A stretch of DNA of 32,612 nucleotides from an uncultured archaeon. GTDB lineage: Archaea > Asgardarchaeota > Lokiarchaeia > Sigyniarchaeales > SOKP01. Numbering within the stretch: position 1 is the first letter of the stretch; every line of letters starts with the position of its first letter. Under the pieces are notes generated by a model. That model did not search any database, was not told the DNA's origin, and saw only the letters and a list, made by a program, of their open reading frames with translations. Positions 1-8,649 of this stretch are shown here, piece by piece. Position numbers and translations under genes: made by a program. The stretch is taken from positions 3,877 through 36,488 of the forward strand of contig CAYUTF010000024.1 in assembly GCA_964447495.1 (NCBI GenBank), read 5' to 3'.

Positions 1-866
1 AAATAAAAGAATTAAATTACATTACAAGAAAACTTGGAAAAAAGCAGGCTATTTTAGATGAATTTCTTAGAAAAAAATATGGTGATGTCCGAGATGCAGA
101 AAATATACTCAATAAATTACCTAAATTATTTTCATTAAGAGATAACATAGAAAATGCAAAAAAAGATTTGGAGCTATTTGAGAAGGAACTGAAAGAAAGG
201 AAAGATGCACAAGAGCGAATGAATAGTGAATTATTAGAATTAGAAAAAGATCAATTGTTTGTTGAGCTAGAAAAAAAGAAAGATGGTTTATTCAAATTGC
301 GAATGGATATTAATGAGAAACTTGGTTTTAAAAAAGCTTTAAAAAAGTTAAAATTTGAATTAGAGAAGAATACAATACCGAGTACAAACATCGATTTGGA
401 ATTTCTTAAAGGATATTTAAAAGATCCAATTAATATGTTAACAAAAGAACGTAAAGATTTGCCCAGTTTTTCAGCTTTATTAATTCAATTACGCCATATT
501 CTAGAAGATAATAAGTTAAATCTAAAATCTGACACCAAAGAAAAAACCATAGATCAAATAAACATTATCTTCGAAGAGAAATCAATTAATGATGAGATTG
601 AAAAAGTGAAAGATTTAAATTCCCAAATAAAGGAAGTTGAAAAAAAAATAGAAGAAGCAGGATTAACCTCGAAATTGGACGACGTAAAAAATCAAATCTC
701 ACTAAATACAGTTAAACTTGAACATACACAAAATGATTTAGATAGGAAAAACAAAGATTATGTGCGATATCTATCATCCATAAAGGAAGAAAGAGAAGAA
801 TTCCAGAAATCAGTAGAGAATGTTATTCAAGAGGAGATTAAAGTTAACATTAAGTTCTCATTTTAA
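1..866 (+). CDS. Long coiled-coil protein of unknown function, 5'-truncated by the window edge
   Basis: Frame 3 is open from base 3 (IKELNYITRKLGKKQAILDEFLRKKYG...) into the tracked ORF at 168, so TTG168 is probably not the true start. The sequence is K/E/L-rich with a heptad pattern and ends at TAA 866. Confidence 0.8.
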   Translation, partial: IKELNYITRKLGKKQAILDEFLRKKYGDVRDAENILNKLPKLFSLRDNIENAKKDLELFEKELKERKDAQERMNSELLELEKDQLFVELEKKKDGLFKLRMDINEKLGFKKALKKLKFELEKNTIPSTNIDLEFLKGYLKDPINMLTKERKDLPSFSALLIQLRHILEDNKLNLKSDTKEKTIDQINIIFEEKSINDEIEKVKDLNSQIKEVEKKIEEAGLTSKLDDVKNQISLNTVKLEHTQNDLDRKNKDYVRYLSSIKEEREEFQKSVENVIQEEIKVNIKFSF

Positions 867-884
867 TTTTTAAATACGAGATTC

Positions 885-1601
885 TTAAATTTTTAATTTT
901 CTATTATTTTTGATATTCTTTTTTATTAAACCTAACTTTAAATTACTTGTAAGAAATGCATACGTCTCAGTTTTTACTAAATCGAATATCTTTAAATATT
1001 GATGAGCTAATACTAAATCTTGCTTAATATCAATATCAAATCCTGATCGAAACGAATCATAAATTGCTACTTTCAATTTAACTTCTTTAGCTGCTTCCAA
1101 CATTGCCAATAACGATGGTGTTTCATTATCGGAAAAAAATGTGGGGATAATATCGGGTGGATTTCTCCCAAATACTGAAATTCCCGCTGATGAGATTGCA
1201 GGGCATATAACTAATTGATGGGTTTTTGTAAGCATACTAATTTCATAAAAATTTTGTGCTGAGATTAAAAGGATATCTAAGAAGGTAAATACTGTCGTTG
1301 TAGCATCATATTTATTTAATGCTATATGATTTAGATCATTGATGACCTGATCAAATGTTTTTCTCGGAGTTGTCAATTCCTCCTTTATTCCTATTAATCC
1401 AAATTGATTAGCTAGTTCTAGTATTTCTACACTATTGCAATAGACTATCTTATTATCAAAACAATCAACTTTTCTTAATTTTATCGCTAAATCTTTAAAC
1501 ATTGCAATAGTCAAATCTTTAAGTTGCTCTTTAGAAAAACATTTTCTAAGTCTAGACTTGGTTCTAGAAAGAGGGGCAATAGGAATTAATAAAATATTCA
1601 T
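885..1601 (-). CDS. cofC: CofC/FbiD-like 2-phospho-L-lactate (or PEP) guanylyltransferase, F420 biosynthesis
   Basis: N-terminal 'LIPIAPLSRTKSRL...LTIAMFKD' matches the CofC IPvK...aKSRL...AMl.D signature. C-terminal 'FDIDIKQDL' matches DvDtpeDL. Confidence 0.75.
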   Translation of the reverse strand: MNILLIPIAPLSRTKSRLRKCFSKEQLKDLTIAMFKDLAIKLRKVDCFDNKIVYCNSVEILELANQFGLIGIKEELTTPRKTFDQVINDLNHIALNKYDATTTVFTFLDILLISAQNFYEISMLTKTHQLVICPAISSAGISVFGRNPPDIIPTFFSDNETPSLLAMLEAAKEVKLKVAIYDSFRSGFDIDIKQDLVLAHQYLKIFDLVKTETYAFLTSNLKLGLIKKNIKNNRKLKI

Positions 1602-1643
1602 ATAATTGCAAAATATAAAGATTTTAGAATTATAAAATTTATT

Positions 1644-2201
1644 TTACTTTAAATTATTTAAAATTTGAATAGATAATCTCTCAAATGCTTCATTAACATT
1701 TTGATTTAACTTTGCTGAGGTTTCGAAATAGTCAATCCCTAGTTTTGAAAGTTTTTCATTAATGAATTCAGGATCAACTTCTCTTTCTAAGTCAGATTTA
1801 TTTCCAACAATGATATATGGAACTTCACCACTTAATTCTTCGAGCTTTGATATCCAAAAATCAAGATTTTGGAAAGAGGAATATTTATTTAAACTGAAAA
1901 TAACCATAGCACCAACAGCTTGAATAAAATAGTACTCATTTGCAAAAAGCTTATCTGACTGACCTCCTATATCCCAGAAGTATAACTTAAAGCCCTTATC
2001 TTTAACATCGGCTTTTAATTCTTCACTCTTCAGTTCAAGTTTATCAATTATTTTGCCTAAGTCAATTTCCTTAATCAAGAAATTGGCTCCAATAGTTTGG
2101 TGATATTCATCACTAAATTTTTTATCTACATATCGTGACAAGAGACTTGTTTTTCCGACTCCTGGATCACCACAGAGTATAACTTTACCCCTATACGACA
2201 T
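1644..2201 (-). CDS. Rab-like small GTPase (Ras superfamily)
   Basis: G1 GDPGVGKTS, G2 YHQTIGANF, G3 WDIGGQ, G4 NKSD, G5 ETSAK. No C-terminal Cys prenylation motif. Confidence 0.93.
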   Translation of the reverse strand: MSYRGKVILCGDPGVGKTSLLSRYVDKKFSDEYHQTIGANFLIKEIDLGKIIDKLELKSEELKADVKDKGFKLYFWDIGGQSDKLFANEYYFIQAVGAMVIFSLNKYSSFQNLDFWISKLEELSGEVPYIIVGNKSDLEREVDPEFINEKLSKLGIDYFETSAKLNQNVNEAFERLSIQILNNLK

Positions 2202-2334
2202 ATTTTTTACCCCTAGATTATGTAATTCATAATATTTAGAGAAAATCTTTCAATTTAAATTTGATTTTCTTAAAACCATTTCTTTAATTAAATTGAATTT
2301 TTCACCATTTGAGAGCTTTATTTCATTATTAATA

Positions 2335-3195
2335 TTATTCTTCTGTTTTTTGGGATGTTAATATAATTTCTTTACATTCGGAAGTAATAAAATGACGGAA
2401 CAAATGTTCATAACCAGCTATTTGTTTTTTTCGCCCATTTTCTAGCCATAAACCAGATGTATATTCAGGTGCTTCTTGTACTTGATCAAGGGTTGTTAAA
2501 ATGAAATCATCATCCGCAATTAATAAACCAAAGGGAATAACACTATCTCCCTCAATAGAATGCACCTTTATTGAGACTTTCAATAACTTTTTAATTTCTT
2601 CTTTTAGCAGATCAAAATATTTAAGTGCAATAACAATTTGTATATTAATTGAAAATTTCTTATTCCATAGCTCATTGAGAATCCATTCATAACCCCCTAG
2701 TTCATCCATTAATAGATCAGGTGTTATAATAAAAAAAATTCTGCGTTCAGAAGAGTTAATTAATTCTTTCACTTTTTTTCTGATTTTATCTCTCGAGCTA
2801 ATAGACCATACGCGGGGCTCAGATTCTTCTTTATCAATCTCAATCTCACTAATGAACTTTTCTAAAATCATAGTATCATTTATTTTTTTCTTGTAATCCT
2901 CGCGAAGTGTCTTAAAGATTTTCTCAATTGGTATTATTTGATAATTCGCTCCTCTTTTTACTGGTTCCTTTTGAATAAATCCTTTCTCCATTAATCTATT
3001 TAAACTGTCATATACTCGTGCACGATCTACTCCCGAATACTTTGCAATATCAGCTGGGCTTAATATCTTGTATTTCGCAAGGGTGAGCAAAACTTTTGAA
3101 TCATTTTTAGTGAAGCCAAGACTTTGTAGTCCCTGCTCAATTTCAGACCGACTAAGCTCAGTATTATGATTAGAAAATGTCAAAAATCGAATCAA
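2335..3195 (-). CDS. TrmB-family transcriptional regulator
   Basis: N-terminal winged HTH 'LQSLGFTKNDSKVLLTL...SPADIAKYSGVDRARVYDSLNRLMEKGFI', followed by an effector domain 'I..LINSSERRIFF...LLIADD'. The start codon (TTG) is uncertain. Confidence 0.88.
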   Translation of the reverse strand: MIRFLTFSNHNTELSRSEIEQGLQSLGFTKNDSKVLLTLAKYKILSPADIAKYSGVDRARVYDSLNRLMEKGFIQKEPVKRGANYQIIPIEKIFKTLREDYKKKINDTMILEKFISEIEIDKEESEPRVWSISSRDKIRKKVKELINSSERRIFFIITPDLLMDELGGYEWILNELWNKKFSINIQIVIALKYFDLLKEEIKKLLKVSIKVHSIEGDSVIPFGLLIADDDFILTTLDQVQEAPEYTSGLWLENGRKKQIAGYEHLFRHFITSECKEIILTSQKTEE

Positions 3196-3780
3196 ATCCC
3201 TATTATTCTACCAATTAAATATCTTATCTTAATAGTAATATTTTAATTTTGTTTTTTCGAAATTTCTTTTTAATGAAAATTCTTCCTTCTAAAAGGTCAT
3301 TAGAATAATAGGTATTTAAAAATTGTTATGATACTTTCTAAATTCTTATTGTGCTTAACTCTAGTTAATCCAAAAGAAGATTAGTATTTTGATTATACTC
3401 ATTTTAAAATGGAGTTGCACAAAACTGATAAACAATTAATCAAATAAAAAAGGTGAAAATTTGAACTTTTTGAAATTTAACTTACTTACTGATTGGTTTA
3501 TTTTCTATCGCTTAGCCTTTAAAAGATGAAAATTTTCAACTTGAGCTTTATATCAAAAGATTAATAAGGATAAAAATTTCAAGTTCTATGGTCAATATTT
3601 CTCATTGGAATGAGGATCTAGCAAAATTCTATTAACCTAGAATTTTTATTTTCTATTTAATAAAGATAAAAAATTTATTTTAATAGTGCTATTTTGTCGG
3701 ACAACGTATTTTTAGCAAATTTCTGATCTAAAAATTTCAATCAATCATATTTCCATAAACAGTCATTTCGAACCATAATA

Positions 3781-3861
3781 TTTATATAATAGAAATGAGT
3801 AGTTATTATTAATTATAAATCTATATTAAAACATACTATTCTTAAAAATATTAAGTGGAGG
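3781..3861 (+). promoter_or_regulatory. Putative TATA box (TTTATATA, 3781-3788) and Shine-Dalgarno (GGAGG, 3857-3861) of the histone gene
   Basis: The TATA matches the archaeal consensus. GGAGG lies 8 nt before ATG 3870. The AT-rich background makes the TATA call uncertain. Confidence 0.4.
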
Positions 3862-3869
3862 AATAAAAA

Positions 3870-4112
3870 ATGGCTAAAAAGAAAGCTGCTCCAGCTAAGA
3901 AAACGAAAGCAGAAAGTTATATCGCAAAAGCACCTATTAGAAGATTGATGAAAAAAGAAGGTGCTGATTTAGTGGCTGCTGAAGCATTAGATAAATTAAT
4001 AGGTTTTCTCGAAAAGAAAGCTGCTGAAGCAACAAAAGATTCGTTAGCAATCTGTAAAAAGGATAAGCGCAAAAGAATTACTGCTGCTGATGTGCGTAAT
4101 GCTACAAGATAG
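3870..4112 (+). CDS. Archaeal histone (HMf-like fold) with a Lys/Ala-rich N-terminal tail
   Basis: Residues 17-80 align without gaps to HMfB (APIRRLMKKEGA.., RKRI..DV..A). The extension is MAKKKAAPAKKTKAES. Confidence 0.93.
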   Translation: MAKKKAAPAKKTKAESYIAKAPIRRLMKKEGADLVAAEALDKLIGFLEKKAAEATKDSLAICKKDKRKRITAADVRNATR

Positions 4113-4144
4113 AAAGCTTCAGATAGTTTAAAATCTGTATAATC

Positions 4145-4167
4145 TTTTTTTTCTTATTTATTTTTTT
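4145..4167 (+). terminator. Oligo-T tract, probable archaeal intrinsic terminator of the histone gene
   Basis: TTTTTTTTCTTATTTATTTTTTT about 30 nt after the histone stop, between convergent genes. Confidence 0.5.
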
Positions 4168-4684
4168 AAAAAGTCTCATAAAATTCTTTATTTAAAAATT
4201 TGTGGATATTTGCTTCCAATTTTTTTTTAACTGAATCCATACCTTCTGGTACTACGCGTGTTTTACCCACAATATCAATATAGCCCAGTTCAGCCCCATA
4301 TCTCGGCACAATGTGAATATGGAGATGTTCAATACTTCCTCCCGCAATAATTCCCTGATTAATACCAATATTATATCCTTTTGGATTATAAAGACTATCT
4401 AATAATAATTGAACTCCTTGAATAGTCCGGTTAATATGTACGATCTCTTCTTTAGAAAGGTCTAAAAACGATGTGATATGTCTATTTGGGATTATCATTA
4501 GATGACCAGGATTATATGGATAAAGATTTAAGGAGATGAATAATATTTCATCCTCATAGACTTTAAGAGTTACAACCCGCTCATCATTGTCTTTCACAGC
4601 ACATAATATACATTCTACCTTCGGTCTTGATTTTCCTTGAACATAATCTAATTTTCCTAAAGCTCTGAGCCAATCCTTAAACAT
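4166..4684 (-). CDS. HIT-family nucleotide hydrolase/phosphorylase (Ap4A phosphorylase/FHIT-like)
   Basis: CILC zinc pair, NLYPYNPGHLMIIP, GYNIGINQG..AGGS, and the HIT motif HLHIHIVPR. Confidence 0.9.
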   Translation of the reverse strand: MFKDWLRALGKLDYVQGKSRPKVECILCAVKDNDERVVTLKVYEDEILFISLNLYPYNPGHLMIIPNRHITSFLDLSKEEIVHINRTIQGVQLLLDSLYNPKGYNIGINQGIIAGGSIEHLHIHIVPRYGAELGYIDIVGKTRVVPEGMDSVKKKLEANIHKFLNKEFYETF

Positions 4685-4713
4685 TATCCTACACCTCCAT
4701 AGAATTTATTTCT

Positions 4714-5250
4714 TTAAGAATATAAGGTAAAATCAGAATCTGAAGCAAAATCCTTAAATTTTCCAATTTCATCAGGTTTTATTTTTCCAATACAAAATTC
4801 ATTTAAGAGAATATTACTATAAGCGGTACTATTAAACACTTTTCGAATACTAGTAAATAATTGATTTTTTGAAATACTATGATGTGGTTTAAGAAATATT
4901 TGATCACTTGTTTCATAGCGAAAATTTTGTATATCGATACGATAAAATACATCTTTTAGCAGGAATAATTTACGCAATTCCATAAAGAATTTTAATTTTT
5001 TTTTTTCGCCAAGAGACTTCAATGCATCTATATGTTGGGGGGATATCTGAGTTCCTGTACTTACAATTATTATATCTTTATTTTTTGGCTTATATACTAC
5101 CATTAAATGTCCTTTAGAACCAGGAGGGAATAAAAATTGAAAGCCAAATTCGAGCTTTTTTTCTGAATCAGGAATCTGAGTACGAAGCATACCTTCATCT
5201 ATTAAATACTCACGAATTTGGTTTTTTATTTTACTTTCTTCGATAGTCAT
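4714..5250 (-). CDS. DUF2299-like conserved archaeal protein
   Basis: 'IREYLIDEG...FGFQFLFPP...KPKNKD..IVSTGTQISPQH' resembles DUF2299. Co-oriented with the HIT gene (29-nt gap). Confidence 0.65.
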   Translation of the reverse strand: MTIEESKIKNQIREYLIDEGMLRTQIPDSEKKLEFGFQFLFPPGSKGHLMVVYKPKNKDIIIVSTGTQISPQHIDALKSLGEKKKLKFFMELRKLFLLKDVFYRIDIQNFRYETSDQIFLKPHHSISKNQLFTSIRKVFNSTAYSNILLNEFCIGKIKPDEIGKFKDFASDSDFTLYS

Positions 5251-5376
5251 TATTTATCGTAATTTTATGAATGATATGAAAAATATAACATTTTAGATTT
5301 ACGCAAGGTCCATATTCTGCTTTATCTTCAAATATCCAAATAGATGATATAATAAATACATTTAAAATTTTAATAA

Positions 5377-5745
5377 TTAATATTTACCCTTTGGCCTCGG
5401 TTGAGGTTTAATCCCTGCATTCTTGAGTTTTTGTATGTTTTGCTCAAGTTCCTCCTTTGAAGTACAATATACCACGTTTAAAGATTTGAAGTCTATAAAT
5501 AATGACCCCACGATCCCTAATCCCATTAGTTGATTCTTATTATTTACAAACGTGCTATCTATATTCATTTTAATTGCTTTTATGTATTCCTCAAGTTCCA
5601 CTAATTGAGGTTGACAAGCAGTATAACCCGTTCCTCTATTTTGGATCAAATAATTCATTAGAGCATAATCAAGCTCGTCATTAATTTCTCCTTTTTCCTG
5701 AAGAATTTTCACAATTTTAGGTTTATTCGTTGAACTCACTTTCAT
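5377..5745 (-). CDS. Hypothetical protein (122 aa)
   Basis: ATG-started ORF with normal composition that fills the gap between co-oriented genes. No motif recognised. Confidence 0.7.
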   Translation of the reverse strand: MKVSSTNKPKIVKILQEKGEINDELDYALMNYLIQNRGTGYTACQPQLVELEEYIKAIKMNIDSTFVNNKNQLMGLGIVGSLFIDFKSLNVVYCTSKEELEQNIQKLKNAGIKPQPRPKGKY

Positions 5746-5795
5746 ATTTAGCTAATATTTCAATTAAGTTATAAAAAATTGATTTAGAGCACAAT

Positions 5796-6077
5796 TTATT
5801 TGGTTTCAGTTTCACTTAACCAGTCATCATCATAAATATATACTTTATCTAGGCTATGTAAAGCACAATTGAGTTCTTCTAATTTTTCTTTTATATTTTC
5901 TAATTCAAGATCTCCCGTACCTTGAATCGTTATAAAAACAGATGTAGTTACATTATCAATCTCATCAATCTTTATTGCTACGTATTTTACACCTGGTATA
6001 GCTTTTAGAGAACGAGCGATGAGATCATTCCCTGGTTCATGCGGTTTTAATACGTCAAGATCATAAACTACTCTCAT
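5796..6077 (-). CDS. DUF211 (COG1888) family protein
   Basis: Signature 'LDVLKPHEP...GV..V.I...EID..T...ITIQG......I...LEEL..ALHSLDKV'. Confidence 0.85.
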   Translation of the reverse strand: MRVVYDLDVLKPHEPGNDLIARSLKAIPGVKYVAIKIDEIDNVTTSVFITIQGTGDLELENIKEKLEELNCALHSLDKVYIYDDDWLSETETK

Positions 6078-6201
6078 TTAAATGTCGATATCCTCCGCCG
6101 AAATGGCTTAATATTGAATATTGTATAATTATTTTTTTAATATATTTAAATTGAAATTATGCATTAATAGTATAAATTGTATTTATAATTTTTTTTATCT
6201 T

Positions 6202-6897
6202 TCAAATTAATTCTTTAAGTTCTGTTATTAGTGCATTAGGGATATCTTTTGGTTCAAGAACTATATTTGCTTTTTCAAAAGCACTTCTTTTAATATATTT
6301 AGGTATATTGGTTTTTAATGCGATACAATAAGAGCCAATATTGATTGCTGCTTCGATATCGGTATTTGTATCACCAATTATGACAATTTCATCAAATCCA
6401 AGCTTTAGTTGTTCACATATTTTTTTTACGTGATCAGGGTGTGGCTTAAGGTTGTTAATATCATCACGACCTATGATAACATCAAAATAAGTATCTATTT
6501 TAGCAGTTTTTAGAGAGAGTACTGCATTTGCATGTGTATTATAAGTGAATACAGCTTGTTTGATGTCGTTTTTATAAAGGAATTCTAATACTTTATCTAT
6601 ATCTTTGGTTAATGTTGCTTTGAGGGCAGCCTTATGTTCGACCTCAATCACCACTTTATTCACTTCAGTCACAATTTTTTGTATTTTCTCCGATGGGACC
6701 CCTTTCTGTTCAAATAAAATTCTGGAGGTTCTCACATTTTCAATGATAGATTTTTGAATGGAGATTAGATTTTTGGGGATGCCATTTCTTTTTAAAATTT
6801 TAATCGCTTTTCTTCGAGCTTCTACAGAATTGATTTTAAAATCAATTAGTGTTCCATCTAAATCCCAGATAATTGCTCTAATTTTTTTCTTAATCAT
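6202..6897 (-). CDS. HAD-superfamily phosphatase (phosphoglycolate phosphatase-like)
   Basis: Motif I DLDGTL, motif II T(YN), motif III KPHP, motif IV GDTNTD. Confidence 0.9.
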   Translation of the reverse strand: MIKKKIRAIIWDLDGTLIDFKINSVEARRKAIKILKRNGIPKNLISIQKSIIENVRTSRILFEQKGVPSEKIQKIVTEVNKVVIEVEHKAALKATLTKDIDKVLEFLYKNDIKQAVFTYNTHANAVLSLKTAKIDTYFDVIIGRDDINNLKPHPDHVKKICEQLKLGFDEIVIIGDTNTDIEAAINIGSYCIALKTNIPKYIKRSAFEKANIVLEPKDIPNALITELKELI

Positions 6898-7470
6898 TTA
6901 ATAAACCAAATCAGTATATATTGGTCCTTGTGGCGTCAAAGTTGACTTTTTAAGAAATACTTTATTAATCTCGAAAGTACCGAATTCTCTGTCCTTATTT
7001 TCATGGATTAAATTTTTGAATATGTCAAAAGTTTTAAAATTTATGCGTTCTTTTTTCAGTCGTGCGATAGTCAAATGAGGTTTAAATTCTTTCCTCTTAT
7101 CTTTAGCAATTGCTAGATTTTGATATAAATTTTCTTCCAATTTATTCTTTATATTCTGCAAAAAGGCAATATCTCCTAAAAGTGTAATCCATATTACAGA
7201 GAAGCTATGAAACTGTCCGACTCCTTTTAAAGTATAGGTTAAAGATTGTCCTTTAAACAACGGTGTATTCACTTCTTCTTGAATTACTCTATAGATTTTA
7301 GGGGCCATGTTTTCTGTAATATTTCCTAAGAATTTTAAGGTTAAGTGTAAATTTTCAGATTCTACCACTTTTAAATTATCTTGATTCTGTTTTAATCTAT
7401 TAGAAAAAGTGCGAATATTGTCGATAGTTTGCTGATTTTTTAATTCGATTGCTATAAATGTTCTTATCAA
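6898..7470 (-). CDS. thpR: RNA 2',3'-cyclic phosphodiesterase (2H phosphoesterase, LigT/ThpR)
   Basis: RTFIAI start, two HxT motifs (NLHLTLKFLG, FKPHLTIAR), C-terminal STLTPQGPIY. Confidence 0.93.
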   Translation of the reverse strand: MIRTFIAIELKNQQTIDNIRTFSNRLKQNQDNLKVVESENLHLTLKFLGNITENMAPKIYRVIQEEVNTPLFKGQSLTYTLKGVGQFHSFSVIWITLLGDIAFLQNIKNKLEENLYQNLAIAKDKRKEFKPHLTIARLKKERINFKTFDIFKNLIHENKDREFGTFEINKVFLKKSTLTPQGPIYTDLVY

Positions 7471-7486
7471 AAAAAAACATCATCTC

Positions 7487-8620
7487 CTATTGCTCTAACC
7501 AATATTTTTTTATACGCCAATTAGTTTCTTCAAGCTCCTTTTTCTGTTCTGGAATAATATGCACATCCTTTAAATCTTGAATACTTCTTGATTGGATAAT
7601 TTTAATTATATCTTTTAGAAATAAATTAACCATCCTACCTCTTGTATTTGCATCTGCAGAAGCGTTATGGGGCATTAAAATCATCCTAATATCAGGTTGT
7701 GAAGTTTTTATTGCTTTAATTCTTTTCAAAGTCTTGATATCAATTGGCTCTTGGGGGTACACATCAAAAGCGAAATTAACTAAAATTTCCTTTTTTTCTA
7801 GTAAATCTAAAAACTCAGTTAAATTTAAGATTTTACCCCTAGCAGTATTTATTAGAAAAGAGTTTTTTTTCATGACCTTTAGTAAATCTTTATTGATTAA
7901 ATTTTCAGTATTTCTGTTTAGTGGAATGTGAAGGCTTATTATATCTGCCTCTTCAAACAAGTTCTCCAATTTAGTAACAAATTCTAAGTTTTCGAATTGT
8001 TTTTCTAATTCTTCCCGTCGCTCAATATCATAATAAAGGATTTTTAACCCCCAATTATGAACTTTCCTAAGGATCTCAGTACCTATTTCACCTAAGCCTA
8101 TGAGTCCCAACACATTATTTTTTATTGAAGATGATAAATTTTGGTCCATATCCCATTTTTCCGACACAACCCACTTTTCTGACCATACATAATTGTGAAG
8201 ATCAATCACATTTCGTAGATTACTCATTATTAATGCTAAAGTATAATCCGCAACGGCTTCAAATAATACTCCCGGGGTATGAGTTATAAGAATATCATTT
8301 TTTTCAGGTATTTGGATATGATTATATCCTACAGTTGCAGTGCATACTGCAACAATATTAGAGTTTTCTAACATTTCTGAGGTAATTGGATGGCTAAGAT
8401 GACATCCCAATATGAGGGGATCAAACTGTTCAATATTTTTTTGAATTTCTATATCATCGGGAAATCGCCCGTTATAAATAATTACTTTCGCAATTTGATC
8501 CAATTCCTTCCATAGTTGAGAGAGAGAATCTCTTATATCTTGACTAATTTTTGGATTATTTCCAATTTCTGCAGATGAAAATATATTTGAAGTTAAAAAT
8601 ACTCTTGGTTTAGTAGCCAT
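7487..8620 (-). CDS. D-isomer-specific 2-hydroxyacid dehydrogenase (glyoxylate/hydroxypyruvate reductase-like)
   Basis: VGYNHI, TPGVL.EAVAD, GLGEIG Rossmann motif, INTARG, DVYPQEP, PHNASA (Arg-Glu-His triad). Confidence 0.9.
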   Translation of the reverse strand: MATKPRVFLTSNIFSSAEIGNNPKISQDIRDSLSQLWKELDQIAKVIIYNGRFPDDIEIQKNIEQFDPLILGCHLSHPITSEMLENSNIVAVCTATVGYNHIQIPEKNDILITHTPGVLFEAVADYTLALIMSNLRNVIDLHNYVWSEKWVVSEKWDMDQNLSSSIKNNVLGLIGLGEIGTEILRKVHNWGLKILYYDIERREELEKQFENLEFVTKLENLFEEADIISLHIPLNRNTENLINKDLLKVMKKNSFLINTARGKILNLTEFLDLLEKKEILVNFAFDVYPQEPIDIKTLKRIKAIKTSQPDIRMILMPHNASADANTRGRMVNLFLKDIIKIIQSRSIQDLKDVHIIPEQKKELEETNWRIKKYWLEQ

Positions 8621-8649
8621 AACTAAAAGTTTAATAATTTTTTTTGATC

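Noticed and set aside
1-866. SMC/Rad50 assignment for the first ORF
   Set aside because: The C-terminus lacks the ABC signature and Walker B motifs; only generic coiled-coil character is visible.
3196-3869. Replication origin
   Set aside because: AT-rich, but there is no adjacent orc1/cdc6 and no recognisable ORB repeats with G-strings.
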